Of a stretch of 64,000 bases of DNA, positions 49,186 to 63,529 are shown in pieces. Made by a program: the position numbers and the translations under genes. The first letter of the stretch is position 1; the number at the start of each line of letters is the position of its first letter. The notes beneath the pieces are model-generated. The model saw nothing but the letters and a program-made list of their open reading frames with translations, searched no databases and was not told the origin of the DNA. Source of the DNA: Eledone cirrhosa (Eukaryota); the NCBI GenBank assembly GCA_964016885.1, contig OZ024758.1, positions 24,366,001 to 24,430,000 on the forward strand, in the 5' to 3' direction.

Positions 49186-49441
49186 TACATATATATATAT
49201 ATATATATATATATTACATATATATATATATATATTACATATATATATATATATATTACATATATATATATATATATTACATATATATATATATATATTA
49301 CATATATATATATATATATTACATATATATATATATATATTACATATATATATATATATATTACATATATATATATATATATTACATATATATATATATA
49401 TATTACATATATATATATATATATTACATATATATATATAT

Positions 49442-49490
<49 letters not shown>

Positions 49491-49536
49491 CATATATATA
49501 TATATATATTACATATATATATATATATATATATAT

Positions 49537-49618
<82 letters not shown>

Positions 49619-50045
49619 CATATATATATATATATATATGTTATATATATATATTACATATATATATATATATTACATATATATGTTATATATATATTAC
49701 ATATATATATTACATATATATATATATATATTACATATATATGTTATATATATATATTACATATATATATATATATTACATATATATGTTATATATATAT
49801 ATTACATATATATATATATATTACATATATATATATATATATATTACATATATATGTTATATATATATATTACATATATATATATATATATTACATATAT
49901 ATATATATATATTACATATATATATATATTACATATATATATATATTACATATATATATATTACATATATATATATATTACATATATATATATTACATAT
50001 ATATATATATTACATATATATATATATACATATATATATACATAC

Positions 50046-50077
<32 letters not shown>

Positions 50078-50107
50078 TACATATATATATATTACATATA
50101 TATATAT

Positions 50108-50147
<40 letters not shown>

Positions 50148-50499
50148 TATATACATAAATATATATATATTACATATATATATATATATAATATATATAT
50201 ATATATTACATATATATTATATATATATATTACATATATATATATATATTACATATATATGTTATATATATATATTACATATATATATATATATTACATA
50301 TATATATATATATATTACATATATATGTTATATATATATATTACATATATATATATATATATTACATATATATATATATATATTACATATATATATATAT
50401 ATATATATTACATATATATATATATATATTACATATATATATATATTACATATATATATATATTACATATATATATATATTACATATATATATATATAC

Positions 50500-50535
<36 letters not shown>

Positions 50536-50611
50536 TACATATATATATATTACATATATATATATTACATATATATATATTACATATATATATATTACAT
50601 ATATATATGTA

Positions 50612-50672
<61 letters not shown>

Positions 50673-50830
50673 TATATACATATATATATATATATTACAT
50701 ATATATATATATAATATATATATATATATTACATATATATTATATATATATATTACATATATATATATATTACACACATATTATATATATATATTACATA
50801 TATATATATATATTACACACATATATATAT

Positions 50831-50861
<31 letters not shown>

Positions 50862-51152
50862 TACATATATATTATATATATTACATATATACATATATAT
50901 ATAATACATATATTATATATATATATTACATATATACATATATACATATTACATATATACATATATATTACATATATACATATATATATTACATATATAC
51001 ATATATATATTACATATATACATATATATATTACATATATACATATATATATTACATATATACATATATATATTACATATATACATATATATATTACATA
51101 TATACATATATATATATTACATATATACACATATATATATATATACATATAT

Positions 51153-51193
<41 letters not shown>

Positions 51194-51649
51194 CATAAAT
51201 ATAAATGAAAAGTATAGAAATTGTTGTAGCGAGAAGCTAACAGTATTCCATAATATATTATTACATATATATATTACATATATATATATATATTACATAT
51301 ATATGTTATATATATATTACATATATATATATATATATTACATATATATATATATATATTACATATATATGTTATATATATATATTACATATATATATAT
51401 ATATATATTACATATATATATATATATATATATTACATATATATATATATTACATATATATATATATATTACATATATATATATTACATATATATATATA
51501 TTACATATATATATATATACATATATATATACATATATATATATATTACATATATATATATTACATATATATATATTACATATATATATATTACATATAT
51601 ATATGTAATATATATATATACATATATATATATTACATATATATATGTA

Positions 51650-51702
<53 letters not shown>

Positions 51703-52134
51703 TATATACATATATATATATATATTACATATATATATATATATAATATATATATATATATTACATATATATATATATTACATATATATTATATATATAT
51801 ATTACATATATATATATATATTACATATATGTTATATATATATTACATATATATATATTACATATATATATATATATATTACATATATATGTTATATATA
51901 TATATTACATATATATATATATATATTACATATATATGTTATATATATATATTACATATATATATATATATATTACATATATATATATATATATTACATA
52001 TATATATATATATATATATTACATATATATATATATATATTACATATATATATATATTACATATATATATACATATATATATATATATTACATATATATA
52101 TATTACATATATATATATTACATATATATATGTA

Positions 52135-52169
<35 letters not shown>

Positions 52170-52199
52170 CATATATATATACATATATATATATATATT

Positions 52200-52235
<36 letters not shown>

Positions 52236-52345
52236 TATATATATTACATATATATTATATATATATATTACATATATATATATATTACACACATATTATA
52301 TATATATATTACATATATATATATATATTACACACATATATATAT

Positions 52346-52390
<45 letters not shown>

Positions 52391-52658
52391 CATATATATT
52401 ATATATATTACATATATACATATATATATAATACATATATTATATATATATATTACATATATACATATATACATATTACATATATACATATATATTACAT
52501 ATATACATATATATATTACATATATACATATATATATTACATATATACATATATATATTACATATATACATATATATATTACATATATACATATATATAT
52601 TACATATATACATATATATATATTACATATATACACATATATATATATATACATATAT

Positions 52659-52693
<35 letters not shown>

Positions 52694-52980
52694 CATAAAT
52701 ATAAATGAAAAGTATAGAAATTGTTGTAGCGAGAAGCTAACAGTATTCCATAATATATTATTACATATATATATTACATATATATATATATATACATATA
52801 TATTACATATATATATATATTACATATATATATATTACATATATATATATATATATTACATATATATATATTGCATATATTATTTCATATATATATTATT
52901 ACATATATATATTGTTACATATATATATTATTACATATATATATTATTACATATATATATATATATATATATACATATAT
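48510..52980. repeat. ~4.5-kb compound (TA)n/TTACA microsatellite with an internal ~1.5-kb duplication
   Basis: Runs of (TA)n punctuated by ttaca; landmark blocks recur at +1500 (51197 and 52697). Confidence 0.95.
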
Positions 52981-52981
52981 A

Positions 52982-53054
52982 CAGGGTGTCGCCAAAAATG
53001 TATACACACGTCAACAGCATTCTAATAAGTGTATACATTTTTTGAGACACCCTG
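52982..53054. mobile_element. Tiny Tc1/mariner MITE (CAGGGTG termini)
   Basis: cagggtgtcgccaaaaatgtatacac...gtgtatacatttttttgagacaccctg. Confidence 0.7.
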
Positions 53055-53587
53055 TGTATACATAGGTCTCTCTCCCAGCTCATGGCTAAAAGTTTCCAAA
53101 TGGGTACTAATTGCCAATTTTGTGAAAAAAAAAAAAAGTATTAGATATTCCCAGATGTGCTTACATCAAAGAAAAATAGCACAATACTTCCAAATTCATC
53201 CACCTTCATTAAAATTAATTTATTGCATCTCTCCCTCTCTCTCTCTCCAAACTATTTTCTAGTTGGTTTTAAAAAGAATATTTTCTAAGAAGTCATTTTC
53301 TATCAAAACTAGAGACATTTCTATAAAGTACTTCACCTCCACCACCATTATTCATCTACAAGGGCGGTGGATTGGCAGTATCGGTAGAGGGTCGGACGCC
53401 ATGCTTTCCAGCATAGTTATGTCCCTTTACGATCTGAGTTCAAATCCTGCCGAGGTTGACTTTGTCTTTCATCCTTACGGGGTCGATAAAATAAAAGTAC
53501 CAGTAATGCACTGGGTAATTGCTGGCCTTGTGCCAAAAGTAGAAACTATTATTCATCTACATCAATTTCATTTAAATTTACACTCAC

Positions 53588-54262
53588 CATCATCATCATC
53601 ATCATCTTCGTTTAACGTCTATCTTCCACGCTAACATGGATTAGACGGGAGTTGTCCCAATTTGAGGCAAGGTTGGTCGGGTGACCGTGTCTCACTCATA
53701 TAGGACTGTCTGGCAGGTTTTTTTATCTACGGCTGGATGCCCTTCCTAACACCAACCACATTTACAGTGTGGAACTGGGAACTTTTTACCGTGTTACCTA
53801 CACGGCCACATTACAGCGTGGACTGTGTTTTTTGTCGTGACACCTACACGATCTCGATCTCATTATCTCATTTATTTGGACTGGATGTTGTGGTACCAAC
53901 TTTACAGAGAGAGGGTGGTGTTGGTGGGAGTGGGAGGATAGGGTAGGAGTAGTGGATGGGGGTGTATATTTGGTTAAGAGGTGCCTACTGACTGTAGATT
54001 TCGCTTTGTACATAGGCAAGGCGGGTCTTCTGTATTACTGCGTAGTGCCAAAGATCTCGGTCCAGTGACATTGTCTTAGAGAGGTGCAAGTGTGTAAGGT
54101 CAGAATTTATCAAATCGTTCCACGTTTTTCTGGGTCTACCTACTCCGTAACTTCCATCAATTTTGATCGTCCTGCAGTTTTTTATACAGCTGTCGTCGTT
54201 CATGCGTATCATGTGACCATACCAATGTAGTCTTCTCTCAAGTAAACAGCATCTGATCCCCA
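53588..54262 (-). mobile_element. RTE LINE family B 3' fragment
   Basis: ORF 53985..54299 RRLHWYGHM...GRPRKTW...KTRLA plus 3'UTR. Confidence 0.9.
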
Positions 54263-54439
54263 CACATATATATAAATCATCCTCATCATCATTTAACATC
54301 CATGTCCCATGCTAGAATGGGTAGGATGGTTTTGTCCCACTTGAAGCAAGATTAGTCGGGAGACCGTGTCTCGCTTGAACAGAACTGTTTCTGGCAGATT
54401 TTCTATGGCCGGGTGCCCTTCCTGACACCAACCAAATTT

Positions 54440-56697
54440 ACAGAGTGGACTGGGAGCCTTTTTACCATGGCTCCTACACGACCACTTTACAGTGTGGACT
54501 GGGTGCTTTTTGTCATGTTTCCTACATGACCACTTTACAGTGTAGACTGGGTGCTTTTTGTCGTGTCTCCTACATGACCACTTAGTGTGGACTGGGTGCT
54601 TTTTGTCATGTCTCCTACATGACCACTTTACAGGGTGGACTGGGTGCTTTTTGTCATGTCTCCTACATGACCACTTAGTGTGGACTGGGTGCTTTTTGTC
54701 ATGTCTCCTACATGACCACTTTAAAGTGTGGGCTGGGTGCTTTCTGTCATGTCTCCTACATGACCACTTTACAGTGTGGGCTGGGTGCTTTTTGTCGTGT
54801 CTCTTACAGGACCACTTTACAGTGTGGACTGGGTGCTTTTTGTCGTGTCTCCTACTCGACCACTTTACAGCGTGGACTGGGTGCTTTTTGTCGTGTCTCC
54901 TACATGACCACTTTACAGCGTGGACTGGGTGCTTTTTGTCGTGTCTCCTACATGACCACATACAGTGTGGACTGGGTGCTTTTTGTCGTGTCTCCTACAT
55001 GACCACTTTACAGTGTGGGCTGGGTGCTTTTTGTCGTGTCTCCTACATTACTACTTTACAGTGTGGACTGGGTGCTTTTTGTCGTGTCTCCTACATGACT
55101 ACTTTACAGCGTGGGCTGAGTGCTTTTTGTCGTGTCTCCTACACAACCACTTTACAGCGTGGGCTGGGTGCTTTTTGTCGTGTCTCCTACACGACCACTT
55201 TACAGCGTGGACTGGGTGCTTTTTGTCATGTCTCCTGCATGACCACTTTACAGTGTGAACTGGGTGCTTTTTGTCGTGTCTCCTACATGACCACTTTACA
55301 GTGTGGGCTGGGTGCTTTTTGTCGTGTCTCCTACATGACCACTTTACAGTGTGGGCTGGGTGCTTTTTGTCGTGTCTCCTACATGACCACTTTACAGCGT
55401 GGACTGGGTGCTTTTTGTCGTGTCTCCTACATGACCACTTTACAGCGTGGACTGGGTGCTTTTTGTCTTGTCTCCTACATGACCACTTTACAGTGTGAAC
55501 TGGGTGCTTTTTGTCGTGTCTCCTACACGACCACTTTACAGCGTGGACTGGGTGCTTTTTGTCGTGTCTCCTACATGACCACTTTGCAGTGTGGACTGGC
55601 TGCTTTTTGTCGTGTCTCCTACATGACCACTTTACAGTGTGGACTGGGTGCTTTTTGTCGTGTCTCCTACATGACCACTTTACAGCGTGGACTGGGTGCT
55701 TTTTGTCGTGTCTCCTACATGACCACTTTACAGCGTGGACTGGGTGCTTTTTGTCGTGTCTCCTACATTACTGCTTTACAGTGTGAACTGGGTGCTTTTT
55801 GTCATGTCTCCTACATGACCACTTTACAGTGTGGGCTGGGTGCTTTTTGTCGTGTCTCCTACATGACCACTTTACAGCGTGGACTGGGTGCTTTTTGTCG
55901 TGTCTCCTACATTACTGCTTTACAGTGTGAACTGGGTGCTTTTTGTCGTGTCTCCTACATGACCACTTTACAGCGTGGACTGGGTGCTTTTTGTCGTGTC
56001 TCCTACATGACCACTTTACAGCGTGGACTGGGTGCTTTTTGTCGTGTCTCCTACATGACCACTTTACAGTGTGGACTGGGTGCTTTTTGTCGTGTCTCCT
56101 ACATGACCACTTTACAGCGTGGACTGGGTGCTTTTTGTCGTGTCTCCTACATGACCACTTTACAGTGTGAACTGGGTGCTTTTTGTCGTGTCTCCTACAT
56201 GACCACTTTACAGCATGGACTGGGTGCTTTTTGTCGTGTCTCCTACATTACTGCTTTACAGTGTGAACTGGGTGCTTTTTGTCGTGTCTCCTACATGACC
56301 ACTTTACAGCGTGGACTGGGTGCTTTTTGTCGTGTCTCCTACATGACCACTTTACAGCGTGGACTGGGTGCTTTTTGTCGTGTCTCCTACATGACCACTT
56401 TACAGTGTGGACTGGGTGCTTTTTGTCGTGTCTCCTACATGACCACTTTACAGCGTGGACTGGGTGCTTTTTGTCGTGTCTCCTACATGACCACTTTACA
56501 GTGTGAACTGGGTGCTTTTTGTCGTGTCTCCTACATGACCACTTTACAGCGTGGACTGGGTGCTTTTTGTCGTGTCTCCTACATTACTGCTTTACAGTGT
56601 GAACTGGGTGCTTTTTGTCGTGTCTCCTACATGACCACTTTACAGCGTGGACTGGGTGCTTTTTGTCGTGTCTCCTACATTACTGCTTTACAGTGTA
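54440..56697. repeat. 48-bp tandem array (~47 copies) expanded inside an RTE family B 3'UTR (element spans ~54278-56820, minus strand)
   Basis: Unit tgtggactgggtgctttttgtcgtgtctcctacatgaccactttacag; LINE tail on the left, upstream UTR and ORF end on the right. Confidence 0.95.
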
Positions 56698-56830
56698 TGG
56701 AAATGGGAGGATGGAGTAGGGGTGTGGGGGTGTATACTGGGTTAAGAGGTGCCTACTGACTGTAGGTTTAAGTTTGTATGTAAGGGAAGGTGGGTCTTCT
56801 GTATAACTGCATAGCACCAAATATATATAT

Positions 56831-57265
56831 GGAGGCACATGGCTTAGTGGTTAGAGCATTGGCCTTGCAATCGAAAGGTTGGGAGTTCAATTCTCAGATC
56901 GGGTGATGTGTTGTTTCCTTGAGCAAGAGACTTTATTTCACATTGCTCCAGTTTACTCAGCTGTAGAAATGGGATGATAGGGACTGGGGTCCCTATCATT
57001 CCACTGCAAAGTGGTCGCGGAGGTGCCACGGCGAAAAAAAGCACCCAGCCCACACTGTAAAGTGGACGTGTAGGTGTCACGGCAAAAAAGCACCCAGCCC
57101 ACACTGTAAAGTGGACGTGTAGGTGTCACGGCAAAAAAGCACCCAGCCCACACTGTAAATGAGGTTGGTGTTAGGAAGGGTATCCAGCTGTAGAAATCAA
57201 GCCAGAATCAGTTCACATCCAACCCTTGCAAGCAGGGAAAAGTGGACGTAAAATGATGATGATGA
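56831..57265 (+). mobile_element. tRNA-derived SINE family 2 (CORE-like body, RTE-type tail)
   Basis: A box tggcttagtgg, B box gagttcaattc, ccttgagcaagagacttt, then ttggtgttaggaagggtatccagctgtag and acccttgcaagcagggaaaagtggacgtaaaa(tga)n. Confidence 0.85.
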
Positions 57266-58504
57266 TATATATATATAGAATATTTTAGTATCATGAGTAG
57301 AAGGTTTAAAGGGATAAGCGATACATATAGTTAGTTGCCATAAGCTGGTGTATTTGTGCTCAATACTTGTGTCAATACTTGCGCCTACAGGGTTAAATAT
57401 CAGAAGCGTTACTATTTAGTGGGCGAGAATATAAGCAGAGCGGTTACAAATGAAAAGATTACAAAAGAGAATACAGACTGTTAGAACATGTTTATACAAT
57501 AAGCGCCTACGTATTATTCAAAATGTTAACAAATGAAAAATATTCTCATAATCAAAATATATACTTTATTATATATATTTCAACGGTACTGTGTTGTTTC
57601 AGTATGTTTTCATCATACAAAATATATGATTTGATATATGACATACCGCTATGGTCTTGATTATTCAATTCCAGTATTGGCAGTCAATATATATATATAA
57701 ATAAATGAAAAGTATAGAAATTGTTGTAGCGAGAAGCTAACAGTATTCCATAACATATAAGTGACTATAGCGTCAAAATGGGAAAATAGTTAACATAAGA
57801 TATGGGAAAAATAATTCAAACTCAATTCAAAAAAAATCAGGATATAGATTTATCCAACAGAATTTAGAGAAATCCAGGGAAAAATCAATAGAGCCTTAAC
57901 TCATGATAAAACAAAGTCTAAAGTACTCATCCTTCAATTTGGGACAACTTCAAATGCGCTGTATAGTCTTGAAAAGACTATTTCACGAAAACTTTCAGTG
58001 GGGATGGTCATGGTTGGATTTCGTTCATCAGCAGAGCTCAACATGGTAACCAAGGTCTCACTGATTAATATGCCAAAAAGGGAATTTAAAAGCAGGCTAG
58101 TTTAACATCATGCGTGATTATGAAAATAAAACGCACATGTGGAAAAACAGGGCTGGTGACGTCAAAATGAGACGAATGTTTGTTTACATGAAACAAAAGT
58201 CAAAAACATTCCGAAAAAAACTCTACAATACGGAGTTCAGCAAAAAGCAATATTATCACGGTCTTTTTATATATATATATAGATATATATATATAGATAT
58301 ATATATATAGATATATATATATATAGTGCGTGTGTCCAGTAAAATTTGTTTATCTGTGTGAGCTGGGTTGTCACTTTGGTAAAAACAGGAGTAAGCAGGA
58401 GAAAGCTCTCTACATTCGTAGTGTGTAGTTACAATGAAGAATATGTATCATTTAATATTTAATATACTATATATACTATAATATACTATATATACTATAC
58501 TGCC

Positions 58505-59480
58505 CACAAAATACTAGCTCTTTCAATTGCGCAGAGGGTTCTATAGAAATAGTGGACAGCTTCCGTTACCTGGGCGATAAAATCAGCAGTGGGGGCGGGT
58601 GCTCTGAAAGTACTGTAGCTGGAGTCAGAACTGGTTGGAAAAAGTTCAGAGAGCTTATACCACTATTAGCTGCTAAAGGGTTCTCCCTAAAAATGAAAGG
58701 CAGGTTGTACGATGCCTGCATACGAACAGCAATGTTGCATGGTAGTGAGACCTGGGCATTGTGTGCAGAGGATATACGCAGACTAGAGAGGAACGAAGCT
58801 TGCATGCTCCGCTGGATGTGTAACAGTAATATACGTGAACGGCAAAGCATAAACGAACTAAGGAAAAAATTAGAGATAAGAGGGATCAGATGTTGTTTAC
58901 TCAAGAGAAGGCTGCGTTGGTATGGACACGTGATGCGCATGAAAGTCGATAGCTGTATAACAAAGTGCAGGGCAATAAAGATAGACGGTAGCCACGGAAT
59001 AGGCAGACCTAGAAAAACTTGGGATGAGCTGATAAACTCCGACCTCACACACTTACACCTCTCCAAGACAATGTCACTGGACCGAGACCTTTGGCGGTAC
59101 TCAGTAACAGAGAAGACCCGCCTTGCCAGTAGGCATCTCTAACAAAATACCCCCCCCCCCACCCCACCCCGTTCTATGTAAAGTTATGTTGGTGCCGCGC
59201 CATCGAGGCCGAAACAAATGAGATCGTGTAGGTGTCACGACAAAAAAACACACAGTCCACGCTGTAATGTGGCCGTGTAGGCAACACGGTAAAAACCTCC
59301 CAGACCCACACTGTAAATGTGGTTGGTGTTAGGAAGGGCATCCAACTGTAGAAAACCTGCCAGACAGTCCTATGCGAGCAAGACAATCACTCTTGCCTCA
59401 AGTGGGACTACCCCCGTCCAAACCCATGCAAGCGTGGAACACGGACGTTAAACGTTGATGATGATGATGATGATGATGAT
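58505..59480 (+). mobile_element. RTE LINE family B 3' fragment, intact frame
   Basis: ORF 58552..59142 DSFRYLGD...GWKKFREL...HGSETW...RRLRWYGHV...KTRLASRHL*; ~320-bp 3'UTR; (GAT)n. Confidence 0.93.
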
Positions 59481-60002
59481 TCAGTGTAAGAAAGATATTA
59501 AGTATTCAGTATAAGAAAGATATATTTACATAAAGTGTTTATGTAAACACATTATCTTTCTTTATTCTTCTCCCATACATCTCTCATGAAGACATGCTGA
59601 AGTATACATCCAAAAAGTGCCCAGCCCACACTGTAAAGTGGTCGTGATGGCAACACAGCAAAAAAGCACCTGAGTCACACTGTAAAGTGGTCGTGTTTGG
59701 CAAAAGCACGCAGACCATACTGTAGTGGTCGTGTCGGCATGACAACAAAAGGCACCCAGTACTCACTGTAAATGAGGTTAGCGTTAGGAAGGGTATCCTG
59801 CTGTAGAAACCAAGCCAAAATCAATTCTATATGAGCAAGACATGGTCATCTGATCTGGCCTAACTTACAACAGGACAACTTGTCTAACCCATGCTAGCAT
59901 CGAAAAATAGACATTAAACGGTGGTGATGATGATATATATATATATATATATATATACCCATGCTAGCATGGAAGAACAGACGTAAAACGGTGATGATGA
60001 TG

Positions 60003-60059
<57 letters not shown>

Positions 60060-60060
60060 T

Positions 60061-60644
60061 ATATAGAGATTACAATAATCAAAGTTCAGTTTAAATCATT
60101 TATTTGCTTACAATTGTTTCCTCCAAACCGAGGTTTGGATTCTTCGGAGCAACTATTTAGTGATCTATAACATACTTGACCTCCTTTTCAACACAAGAGA
60201 CATATAAAACATATGCACATATTGATCCACAGTGGGATGACATCCATCAAAATGATATAGCATGGCAATTTACATATAAAGGTTAAAGGATAAAAATAAA
60301 AATAAAGCATTGGTAGTCTATGAAGATAAAGCAAGAGGAAAGTTTAGAGTAGTCAGTGTATGAAACAATCTCACGTGTAGCATGCACGCGTGTCTTATTT
60401 ATACAAGATTAGAGTGCGTCAGAATGGTATTTGCAGGGTCAGGCAGTTGAAGCAGGCAATCGATGTCATCCCACTGTGGATCAATATGTGCATATGTTTT
60501 CATGTCTCTTGTGTTGAAAAGGAGGTCAAGTATGTTATAGATCACTAAATAGTTGCTCCGAAGAATCCAAACCTCGGTTTGGAGGAAACAATTGTAAGCA
60601 AATAAATGATTTAAACTGAACTTTGATTATTGTAATCTCTATAT
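60061..60644. mobile_element. Foldback element, ~184-bp near-perfect inverted arms with ~217-bp spacer
   Basis: 60061-60244 is the reverse complement of 60462-60644. Confidence 0.85.
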
Positions 60645-60809
60645 AACTGCTCTGTAAAACAACCGATGTTATTACATTGAGCTATTTATCTTACTGGTAA
60701 TAAGATAGTAATTAATGACTATCTTTCACTATTTAAGGTTTGTATAAAAAATATATTACCATAAAAGGTTTTATTACATACATAACCATAAATAGTATCC
60801 TTAATACTA

Positions 60810-60915
<106 letters not shown>

Positions 60916-61028
60916 ATAATAAAAGGACAATATGTTATGTCTTCATTACGTTTATTGATTATTGGTGACATATATATATATATATAGTGGAAAACGGAGG
61001 AAATTCATTGATACAATAAGATATATTT

Positions 61029-61250
61029 GAAAAAAGAGAAGACTGACTTCACTAGTGGTTGGTATTCTTTAATAGTTCAACTCTTTACAGTATGCCATTA
61101 TTGATATTACTTCTAATAGTATTAGTTCTGGTAAGTTGTTATTGGTATTCCTTCTAATATTATTAGAAGGAATATCAATAATGTTTTACTGTAAAGAGTT
61201 GAACTGTTAAAGGATACCAACCACCAGTGAAGTCAGTCTTCTCTTTTTTC
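61029..61250. repeat. Inverted repeat, ~85-bp arms
   Basis: gaaaaaagagaagactgacttcact...ttctaata mirrored by tattagaa...gtgaagtcagtcttctcttttttc. Confidence 0.85.
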
Positions 61251-61252
61251 AT

Positions 61253-61750
<498 letters not shown>

Positions 61751-61948
61751 AAAACAAGACACATGAAAACAAGATGGCGTGGGACAGAACAGAGGAGAGA
61801 CACAAAAACAAAGAAAAGAATCCCCAGTCACTGAAGAGGTCACAGAATGTGTGACGAAAGATCTTTGACAATATTTGAACAATCGTCTGGTTGTGGAACC
61901 AACCAACCAACCGGAAATTTATAAATTCCTAAATTTATAAATTTAATT

Positions 61949-62426
61949 TATAATAAATTGGAGTGAAAGCAACTGGTGCATGTGTTTCTTATTGGCAACA
62001 TGACCCTCCCAAAGCATAACAATATCGGTTTCAACACACATTTTCAGATAAAGAATCTTGCTAAACAAATTCAGAAACGAAATATATATATATATATCTA
62101 TCTATATATATATATATATTATATTATATATATATATTATATATATTATATATATATTATATTACATTATATATATATTATATATATATATATATAATAT
62201 ATATATAATATAATATAATATATATATAATATATATAATATATATATATAATATAATATATATATATATATAGATAGATATATATATATATATTTCGTTT
62301 CTGAATTTGTTTAGCAAGATTCTTTATCTGAAAATGTGTGTTGAAACCGATATTGTTATGCTTTGGGAGGGTCATGTTGCCAATAAGAAACACATGCACC
62401 AGTTGCTTTCACTCCAATTTATTATA
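61949..62426. repeat. 478-bp near-perfect palindrome centred on (TA)n
   Basis: ORFs 61976..62197(+) and 62178..62399(-) are mirror images differing by one residue. Confidence 0.92.
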
Positions 62427-62689
62427 TATATATATATTATATATATATATAATATATATATATATATATTGGTGTTAGGAAGGGCATCCAGCTGTAGAAA
62501 TCAAGCCAAATCAGTTCCTGTATGAGCAAGGCATTGTCAGCCGACCAGACACTGCCCACAACAGGACAACCCGTCTAACCCATGCTAGCGTGGAAGAACG
62601 GACGTAAAACGGTGATGATGATAATATATATATATATATATAATATATATATATAATATAATATATATAATATATATATATAATACTGG

Positions 62690-63120
62690 CGGTACTCAGT
62701 AATAGAGAAGACCCGCCTTACCTAAATACAAAGTAAAAACCTACTACAGTCAGTAGGCATCTCTAACAAAATACACCCCCGTCCCACCACCCCCACCCCA
62801 TCCACACCGCCCCTTTCAATGTAAAGTTATGTTGGTCCCACAACATCCAGGCCGAAACAAATGAGATCGTGTAGGTGTCACGACAAAAAAACACACAGTC
62901 CACACTGTAAATGTGGCCGTGTAGGCAACACGGTAAAAACCTCCCAGCCCCACACTGTAAATGTGGTTGGTGTTAGGAAGGGCATCCAGCTGTAGAAAAC
63001 CTGCCAGACAGTCCTATGCGAGCAAGACAACCACTCTTGCCTCAAGTGGGAAAACCCCCGTCCAAACCCATGCAAGCGTGGAACATGGACGCTAAACCTG
63101 ATGATGATGATGATGATGAT
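62690..63120 (+). mobile_element. RTE family B 3' end; a further tail fragment at 62469-62621
   Basis: gagaagacccgcctt (EKTRL) then the family 3'UTR and (GAT)n. Confidence 0.85.
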
Positions 63121-63495
63121 ATAATATATATGTTATAATATATATACTATATATAATATATATATATATATATAATATATATATATATATTATATATAAT
63201 ATAATATATATATATAATATAATATATATATATATAATATATATAATATATATATATATATAATATATATATATTATATATAATATAATATATATAATAT
63301 ATATATATAATATAATATATAATATATATAATATAATATATATAATATAATATAATATAATATATATATATAATATAATATATATATATAATATAATATA
63401 TAGATAGATATATATATATATATATTTCGTTTCTAAATTTGTTTAGCAAGATTATCTGAAAACGTGTGTTGAAACCGATATTGTTATATATATAT

Positions 63496-63529
<34 letters not shown>

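Noticed and set aside
48524-52654. 544-, 773- and 324-aa Tyr/Ile ORFs (also 61.5-64 kb)
   Set aside because: Translations of (TA)n microsatellite
53165-53209. Candidate NECAB first exon MKVDEFGSIVLFFFD|gtaagc (minus strand)
   Set aside because: Only loosely like the expected IFLD motif, phase 0, and the required RRADKN micro-exon was not found between it and 42174
54558-56759. 733-aa Cys-rich repeat ORF
   Set aside because: A stop-free frame of a 48-bp (16-codon) tandem unit from a LINE 3'UTR; no supported start or splice context
56831-56905. tRNA gene
   Set aside because: A/B boxes run straight into a SINE body; no complete cloverleaf. The same holds for family-1 heads
58552-59142. Active or domesticated reverse transcriptase gene
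   Set aside because: 5'-truncated fragment lacking RT core and endonuclease; all LINEs here are truncated or frameshifted
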